Positions 7,307-12,771 of a stretch of DNA of 12,771 nucleotides are shown piece by piece. Under the pieces are notes generated by a model that worked only from the letters and a program-made list of their open reading frames with translations, was not told where the DNA came from and made no database searches. The translations under genes were made by a program, and so were the position numbers. Numbering within the stretch: position 1 is the stretch's first letter; each line of letters starts with the position of its first letter. Origin of the DNA: Candidatus Hodarchaeum mangrovi (GTDB taxonomy: Archaea; Asgardarchaeota; Heimdallarchaeia; Hodarchaeales; Hodarchaeaceae); assembly GCA_016839515.1 (NCBI GenBank), contig JAEOUE010000092.1, positions 1-12,771 of the forward strand, read 5' to 3'.

Positions 7307-7783
7307 ATGGACGTTTATAAAGTGCCAAATTATAAGATTTCAGTATTTGGGTTAGATGCTGATCGAACAGCGATAGCTACAGGAAGGAATATGCGTATTT
7401 CACCTAAACATGCAAGAGAAATATGTCATACTCTAAAAGGTAAATATCTAGAAACAGCCCAAGAATACTTAGAACAGGTTATTAAAGGTGTACGAAGCGT
7501 TCCATTCAAGCGTTATCGAAAAAAACTTCCACATAGAAATGATTTAACAACTTGGCCCATTGGACGTTATCCTCAAAAAGCTGCTCGTGAAATTTTAAAA
7601 GTACTAGAAAATGCAGAACAGAATTCATCATTTAAAGGGCTTGAGATAAGCCGACTTCGAATTACCCATATGGCTGCACAACGAGGTAGAAAATTACGTG
7701 GCTATACACCAAGAGCACATGGTCGTTCATCACCAAGTAATCAAACACTTACTCATGTCGAAGTGGTAGTCACCGAGGAATAA
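7307..7783 (+). CDS. rpl22p: 50S ribosomal protein uL22
   Basis: RISPKHAREIC, VPFKRY, GRYPQKAA and YTPRAHGRSSP...THVEVV. An alternative GTG start exists at 7322. Confidence 0.97.
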   Translation: MDVYKVPNYKISVFGLDADRTAIATGRNMRISPKHAREICHTLKGKYLETAQEYLEQVIKGVRSVPFKRYRKKLPHRNDLTTWPIGRYPQKAAREILKVLENAEQNSSFKGLEISRLRITHMAAQRGRKLRGYTPRAHGRSSPSNQTLTHVEVVVTEE

Positions 7784-7787
7784 ACAT

Positions 7788-8570
7788 ATGGCTGCTCAGA
7801 AACACTTCATAAATGAGAATTTACAATATGTTCAAGTTACAGAATATCTTAATGACGAACTTAAGCTTGCTGGTCAAGGTAAAATAGAAATTCATAAAAC
7901 ACCCATGGGACATCGAGTAATCATCCACGCTGTCCGATTGGGTATGGTTATTGGAAGACGTGGACGAAACGTAAGAAAGATAACTGATACTTTAGAACAG
8001 TTTTACGGTTTAGAAACACCTCAATTAGAAATTAAAGATTTAGATAATCCTCGACTTAATTCACGAGTTATGGCTGGAAGATTAATCACACAAATTCAAA
8101 AAGGATTTCATTTTCGCAGAGCTGGCTATGCTCTTATCCGACGAATTATGTCTGCAGACGCACGAGGATGTGAAATCTCAATTAAAGGAAAATTGACATC
8201 ACAAAGAGCTCGCGCAGAAGTTTTTCGTGAAGGGTTTGTAGCAAAATGTGGAGAACCTGCAGCAAAATATGTAGATGATACCGTTCTCGAAGTTACACTT
8301 AAACAGGGAGTAATCGGTGTCCATGTTAAGATCATGCATCCAGATGCTATTCTTCCAGATGATGCTACACTTATCGAAAATGTTTTTGATGATGAGATTG
8401 AAGAAGAAGTAGAAGAAGAAGAATTTGAGGAAGAGTCTGATGAAGAAATGAGACGTTTCGAAGAAAAACTGAAGCCTACGAAAGAAATTTCAGCTACAGA
8501 TAATGTTGAAAAAGCTGAAACGTTTGATGAAGAATTATTATCCAAAGATGATTTAGAAGAAGAGGAATAA
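7788..8570 (+). CDS. rps3p: 30S ribosomal protein uS3 with a long acidic C-terminal tail
   Basis: KH domain GMVIGRRGRNVR, HFRRAGY, ARGCEISIKGKL..QRAR and LKQGVIGVHVKIM. Confidence 0.97.
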   Translation: MAAQKHFINENLQYVQVTEYLNDELKLAGQGKIEIHKTPMGHRVIIHAVRLGMVIGRRGRNVRKITDTLEQFYGLETPQLEIKDLDNPRLNSRVMAGRLITQIQKGFHFRRAGYALIRRIMSADARGCEISIKGKLTSQRARAEVFREGFVAKCGEPAAKYVDDTVLEVTLKQGVIGVHVKIMHPDAILPDDATLIENVFDDEIEEEVEEEEFEEESDEEMRRFEEKLKPTKEISATDNVEKAETFDEELLSKDDLEEEE

Positions 8571-8574
8571 AGAA

Positions 8575-8775
8575 ATGGCTATACTCCGAGTATCTCAAAT
8601 ACGCAAAATGGTCTCTAGCGAAAGAAAAAAGAAGTTGACTGAACTTAAAACAGAATTACTTAACCTCCAAGGAAAAGCAAAAACTGGATCAGTTGAGTCA
8701 GCTGGACGAGTTCGAGAACTTAAGCGAACAATTGCTCGGATATATACGATTGAACAGGAAGAATCTAATGAATAA
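8575..8775 (+). CDS. rpl29p: 50S ribosomal protein uL29
   Basis: MAILR..IRKM...ERKKKLTELKTEL and GRVRELKRTIARIYT; it follows uS3. Confidence 0.96.
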   Translation: MAILRVSQIRKMVSSERKKKLTELKTELLNLQGKAKTGSVESAGRVRELKRTIARIYTIEQEESNE

Positions 8776-9052
8776 TAGCTTTCCTTTGAACACAGAGAAA
8801 AATTTACTGAAAATACGATTAATAGGTTTAAATTGTACAATTATCTATTCAGGAAAAGAATTTACTGGGCAAATAATTGATGAAACTAGAAATACATTGA
8901 AAATCCTAAGCAATAACGGTGTCAAAAAAATCCCAAAAGAAAATTCCTCACTCATAATAATGATTAATGAACAGAAATATAAAATAGATGGAAAATATCT
9001 GAAAGGTCGGCATGAAGATCGTATTAAACATAGGATGAAACGTAAATGGTAA
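8768..9052 (+). CDS. rnp1: Ribonuclease P protein component 1 (Rpp29/Pop4)
   Basis: LIGL, GQIIDETRNTL, IPK and IDG..L.GR.EDRIK, at the canonical position between uL29 and uS17. Start moved to the ATG at 8768. Confidence 0.9.
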   Translation: MNNSFPLNTEKNLLKIRLIGLNCTIIYSGKEFTGQIIDETRNTLKILSNNGVKKIPKENSSLIIMINEQKYKIDGKYLKGRHEDRIKHRMKRKW

Positions 9053-9390
9053 AAAGAAAATATTCTCGTAGTATTGGAATTGCCCCCATACCAAAAAGGA
9101 CATGTGATGACCCCAATTGTCCTTTTCACGGTACATTATCCGTAAGGGGCAGAATTTTTGAATCAGATGTTGTTTCCGATCGAATGAATAAAACAGTAAC
9201 TGTACAACAATCACACCTAGAATTAATCAGAAAGTACAAGCGCTATGGTAGATCAACCACACGTATACACGCTCATAATCCTCCTTGCATCGATGCTAAA
9301 GAGGGAGATCGAGTTCGAATAGGGGAATGTCGACCATTAGCTAAAACAGTATCATTTGTAGTTATCGAGAAAATAGAAAAAGGTGAATAG
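9046..9390 (+). CDS. rps17p: 30S ribosomal protein uS17
   Basis: CDDPNCPFHGTLSVRG, KYKRY, HAHNPPC and IGECRPLAKTVSFVV. Confidence 0.97.
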   Translation: MVKRKYSRSIGIAPIPKRTCDDPNCPFHGTLSVRGRIFESDVVSDRMNKTVTVQQSHLELIRKYKRYGRSTTRIHAHNPPCIDAKEGDRVRIGECRPLAKTVSFVVIEKIEKGE

Positions 9391-9394
9391 GAGT

Positions 9395-9811
9395 ATGAAG
9401 AAACGACGTCAGCTTAAAACTATTTCTCGCCGAATTACCCGTGCTTTACCAACTGGAGCAGTCATTCCAGTAGCTGATAATTCAGGAGCACGAATCATTT
9501 CGGTTATAAGTGTAAAAGGTCATAAAACTCGCCTTCGTCGTCAGCCTGCTGCAAAAGTAGGTGATATGATTATTTGTTCTGTTAAAAAAGGAAGTCCAAA
9601 ATTAAGACGTCAAATTGTTCATGCTGTCATTATTAGGCAAAAAAAGCCATATAAACGATCCGATGGTAGCTGGGTTTATTTTGAAGATAATGCTGTATGT
9701 GTTACCAATGAGCAAGGTGAACCACGTGGAAGTGAAATACGAGGTGCAGTAGCAAAAGAAGCAGCAGACTCTTGGCCTAGGATAGCAAGTGCAGCTCGAG
9801 TAATTTCATAA
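9395..9811 (+). CDS. rpl14p: 50S ribosomal protein uL14
   Basis: ADNSGAR, AAKVGDM, AVIIRQKK, FEDNAV and GSEIRGAVAKEAA. The ATG at 9395 is preferred, with GGTGA/AGGAG upstream. Confidence 0.97.
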   Translation: MKKRRQLKTISRRITRALPTGAVIPVADNSGARIISVISVKGHKTRLRRQPAAKVGDMIICSVKKGSPKLRRQIVHAVIIRQKKPYKRSDGSWVYFEDNAVCVTNEQGEPRGSEIRGAVAKEAADSWPRIASAARVIS

Positions 9812-9826
9812 TGATGGGTGATAAAT

Positions 9827-10252
9827 TTGGGATTAAAAAATAAAACAAAAAGGCCTTCAAAACAAAGGAAAAGAATTTTTCAAGCAAATAACTTTAAACG
9901 TCACAAATTAATCTCGGTTCGTTTATCAAAAGATTTACAAAAGAAATATAATGTTAGTCGTATGCCAGTGAGGTCTGGAGATACGGTTTATGTAATAGCA
10001 GGAGACTTCATCGGCACAGAAGGTAAAGTTCTTTCTGTTGATTATAAAAAGCAACGATTATCTATTGATGGAATTGCCCGAGAAAAAGCTGACAAATCAA
10101 AAATTATGTACCCAATTCATACTTCTAAAGCAATTATCCGTCGATTTGGCAAAGTAGACCAGTCTCGTAAGGTAATACTTGAACGAAGAGCGAAAACCGA
10201 ATTAGAAATTGAAGAAGAAGACATTACTGAATTACCCATTGAGGAAGAATGA
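9827..10252 (+). CDS. rpl24p: 50S ribosomal protein uL24
   Basis: PSKQRK, LSKDLQKKY, KOW motif PVRSGDTVYVIAGDF.G.EGKV and PIHTSK. The TTG at 9827 is preferred (SD GGGTGA at 9816-9821); GTG at 9818 is an alternative. Confidence 0.95.
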   Translation: MGLKNKTKRPSKQRKRIFQANNFKRHKLISVRLSKDLQKKYNVSRMPVRSGDTVYVIAGDFIGTEGKVLSVDYKKQRLSIDGIAREKADKSKIMYPIHTSKAIIRRFGKVDQSRKVILERRAKTELEIEEEDITELPIEEE

Positions 10253-10264
10253 TCACGAGAGGAA

Positions 10265-11053
10265 ATGAAACAAATGGGAAGTAAAGGAACATCAAGGCAC
10301 AGGAAGAGATTAAGTGCAGCGATAACTTATCCTATAGAACGTAAACATGGTACATTTACCATAAGCCCCCATCCAAGTAGAACTAAATCTGAAATTGCTA
10401 TTCCCTTAGGAATTGCTCTACGAGAGATGTTGGGTTATGCTAAAACATTATCTGAAGTAAAGAAAATTCTAACAAAGGATTATATCAAAGTTGATGGTAT
10501 AATCAGATCAAGTTACAAATTCGCTTTAGGTCCAATGGATATTTTAGAGATAACAAAGACAGGAGAATTATATCGTATAACTCCATATAGAGGAAAAAGA
10601 CGTTTATACTTGAATCCAATATCAAAAGCTGAATCAAATTTAAAACTCCTCCAGATACACAAAAAAACCATTGTTAAAGGAAATTTAATCCAACTTGTCT
10701 TTCATGATGGACGAAATCTTCTTCTAAATCCTGAAAATGATAATAAAATCCCGATTAATGATCTTTCACCAAAAGATTCAGTTCTTTTCAATCTTGAAAC
10801 CAAAGAAATAGAAGCTCATTTCCCATTCGCTGAAAATAATATTGGTTTAATAATAGGAGGACATAATCTGGGACTATATGGAAAAATTCATGAAATAGAA
10901 ACGCAAATTGGCAGAAAAGTAAGAACAGTTATGCTAGAAACTGATGAAGGGGAAATTAAAACGACAGATAATCACAGCTTTATCATTGGGAAAGTAAAAG
11001 CAGTAATAGAAATTCCCCAAATAGTGGAAAAGGATGATCAGAATGAGCCGTAA
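10265..11053 (+). CDS. rps4e: 30S ribosomal protein eS4
   Basis: RH.KRLSA, IPL...LRE.LGYA, IKVDG, G.MDI, QL..HDGRN and IIGGHN.G..G.I. The start may be the ATG at 10274. Confidence 0.96.
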   Translation: MKQMGSKGTSRHRKRLSAAITYPIERKHGTFTISPHPSRTKSEIAIPLGIALREMLGYAKTLSEVKKILTKDYIKVDGIIRSSYKFALGPMDILEITKTGELYRITPYRGKRRLYLNPISKAESNLKLLQIHKKTIVKGNLIQLVFHDGRNLLLNPENDNKIPINDLSPKDSVLFNLETKEIEAHFPFAENNIGLIIGGHNLGLYGKIHEIETQIGRKVRTVMLETDEGEIKTTDNHSFIIGKVKAVIEIPQIVEKDDQNEP

Positions 11054-11636
11054 AAGTAGATTCGTAGAAGAAGAACGAAAACCCGTTGATCTCACAGAAA
11101 CTGAAAAAGCGTTTATCAAAGACTGGGAACAACATCCCATGCGAAAACCACGAATATTAAAAGTGAGTGTGAATTTTGCGGTAGGTGCATCTGGTCCACA
11201 ACTTGAAAAAGCTCGTGAACTATGTGAAAGATTGACAAATCAAGTTCCGACGGAGGGAAAGGCAAAAGAATCGGTAAGAGGGTTTAATATCCGAAAACAT
11301 GAACCAATTGCTGTTTTTACAACTCTTAGAGGAGAAAAAGCTACAGAATTCTTGAAAAAAGCCTTTTGGGCAGTCCATGATTCAGTTTCAGCTAAAAATT
11401 TTGATGTTTTTGGAAATCTTGCTTTTGGTATAGACGAACATCTCAAATTACCTGATATCAAATACGATCCAAAAATTGGTGTAATGGGATTTGATACGAC
11501 CGTTGTTTTAGAACGTCCAGGTTTTCATAATAAAAGAAGACGATTACGTCCTTCTAAAATTTCCACGCGGCATAAGATCTCCAAAGAAGAAGGGATAACG
11601 TTTTTCAAACATGAATTTAATCTAGGAGTAGAATAA
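11043..11636 (+). CDS. rpl5p: 50S ribosomal protein uL5
   Basis: [47 protein letters not shown] and LERPG. The ATG at 11043 is preferred. Confidence 0.96.
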   Translation: MSRKSRFVEEERKPVDLTETEKAFIKDWEQHPMRKPRILKVSVNFAVGASGPQLEKARELCERLTNQVPTEGKAKESVRGFNIRKHEPIAVFTTLRGEKATEFLKKAFWAVHDSVSAKNFDVFGNLAFGIDEHLKLPDIKYDPKIGVMGFDTTVVLERPGFHNKRRRLRPSKISTRHKISKEEGITFFKHEFNLGVE

Positions 11637-11637
11637 A

Positions 11638-11796
11638 ATGCATAAATTACCAGATTCACAAAAAAAATTTGGAAAAGGTACACGAAAATGCCGTAGATGT
11701 GGAACACATAGAGCTATTATCCGAAAATATGGATTAAACATCTGTCGTAGATGTATTCGTGAAATAGCTAATGACCTAGGTTTTAGAAAATATTGA
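11638..11796 (+). CDS. rps14p: 30S ribosomal protein uS14 (Zn-binding), 52 aa; not in the ORF track
   Basis: Manual translation [52 protein letters not shown]. It follows uL5 and has AGGAG upstream. Confidence 0.97.
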   Translation: MHKLPDSQKKFGKGTRKCRRCGTHRAIIRKYGLNICRRCIREIANDLGFRKY

Positions 11797-12668
11797 GTAA
11801 ACGAAAGAAACGATCTCCTTTCAGAAAAATCAAACTTCAACTTGAGGAATCAAGTGTATTACCAAGTGGATTAATCTCTGAACTCCCAAACCACTGGAAA
11901 AGGGTAGGGAAAATTGGAATACTGGAACTTCCAGAAAACCTTCAGCCTTGGAAGAAATTAATTGGATCAACTTATTTAGATCATTTACCAGAACTTAATA
12001 CAATTGCTCAGAAAGTCGGAGTAACTAACACTGAAATTCGAACACCTAATTTTGAATATATTGCAGGAGAAAAATATCCAATAACACTCCACAAGGAGCT
12101 TGGAGTTAAATTTTGGATTGATGCCTTCAAGCTAACATTTAGTAGTGGTAACCACAATGAAAGGTTACGACTAACTCAAATATGTTCACCAAACGAAAAT
12201 ATATTGGATATGTTTGCCTGTGTAGGGAATTTGTCAATACCTATTTCAGTCAAGAATCCAACAGTTAAAATAAAAGCAATTGAAATCAATCCATATGCAT
12301 TTATGTTTCTAAAAAAGAATATAGAGATCAATAAAATCACACGAAATTATGAAGTATATTTCGGGGACAATAGAGAGATAATCTTTACTAATTTTGCTGA
12401 TCGTATCCTAATGGGTTATTTTGGAATAGATCAAAAACAGGTTCATGCGGCATTAAAAGCCCTTAAAATAAAAAAAGGTGGAATTATACATGCTCATGGG
12501 TTATGTGGGAAAAAGAACAATCTAAAGCAACAGCAATTATTTGAAAACACCATTTACAACTATTATCCCTATTTTAAGATTATATCAATACAACGATTAG
12601 TAATAAAAACTGTGGCAGCTGGAGTTTATCATTTTGTTGATGATTTTAAAATTGAAAAAGCAAAATGA
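11793..12668 (+). CDS. taw2: Trm5/Tyw2 (Met-10+) family SAM enzyme, probably the tRNA(Phe) wyosine aminocarboxypropyltransferase Taw2
   Basis: HKE.G..F..D....[25 protein letters not shown] and GDNRE...ADRILMGY (Taw2-like; Trm5 has MNLP here). The C-terminus reads IK..A.GV.H.V.D. Confidence 0.8.
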   Translation: MSKRKKRSPFRKIKLQLEESSVLPSGLISELPNHWKRVGKIGILELPENLQPWKKLIGSTYLDHLPELNTIAQKVGVTNTEIRTPNFEYIAGEKYPITLHKELGVKFWIDAFKLTFSSGNHNERLRLTQICSPNENILDMFACVGNLSIPISVKNPTVKIKAIEINPYAFMFLKKNIEINKITRNYEVYFGDNREIIFTNFADRILMGYFGIDQKQVHAALKALKIKKGGIIHAHGLCGKKNNLKQQQLFENTIYNYYPYFKIISIQRLVIKTVAAGVYHFVDDFKIEKAK

Positions 12669-12670
12669 AT

Positions 12671-12771
12671 TTAAAAGTCTGTATAGGTTTCTAGAAATTT
12701 ATGAAGTTGCTCAAAAATCTCTTTGGCTTCATCAACAGTTAATAAATAATTCTGATGAATAACACGATTTC
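12671..12771 (-). CDS. 3' end of a convergent gene, possibly HEPN-domain, truncated by the window edge
   Basis: Manual translation (nGA)NRVIHQNYLLTVDEAKEIFEQLHKFLETYTDF*. It would read RNxxxH if the cut codon is AGA or CGA. Confidence 0.45.
   Translation of the reverse strand, partial: NRVIHQNYLLTVDEAKEIFEQLHKFLETYTDF

Noticed and set aside
8693-8767. N-terminal extension of Rpp29 in the ORF track
   Set aside because: It overlaps uL29 by more than 80 nt; the ATG at 8768 gives a typical length.
11794-11796. TGA read-through as selenocysteine
   Set aside because: uS14 and the other TGA-terminated genes end at family-typical positions, and I recognised no SECIS.
8126-11840. Minus-strand ORFs within the ribosomal operon, including the Ser-rich 8126-8545
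   Set aside because: Antisense to well-supported genes; the Ser runs mirror Glu/Asp codons.

Overview
AT-rich archaeal housekeeping region. The archaeal-type ribosomal proteins, Rpo12, aIF1, Rpp29 and Taw2 establish the domain; an Asgard (Heimdallarchaeia-like) origin is only my inference. The right half is a fragment of the S10-spc ribosomal operon (uL22-uS3-uL29-Rpp29-uS17-uL14-uL24-eS4-uL5-uS14). It is broken at both ends: uS19 lies divergently across a 533-bp structured spacer, and a Taw2-type wyosine enzyme replaces uS8. The left half holds aIF1/SUI1, Rpo12, tRNA-His(GTG), an LLM/F420-type oxidoreductase, an unknown coiled-coil plus winged-helix protein, and a cobO-mutase large-mutase small operon. 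That mutase has isobutyryl-CoA mutase active-site residues rather than methylmalonyl-CoA mutase ones, and a palindrome sits at the operon's predicted promoter. I found Rpo12, uS14 and two edge-truncated genes (an HPS/OMPDC-like C-terminus and a possible HEPN protein) by hand; they are not in the ORF track. No mobile element or CRISPR array is visible. All family calls come from motif recognition, not database searches.
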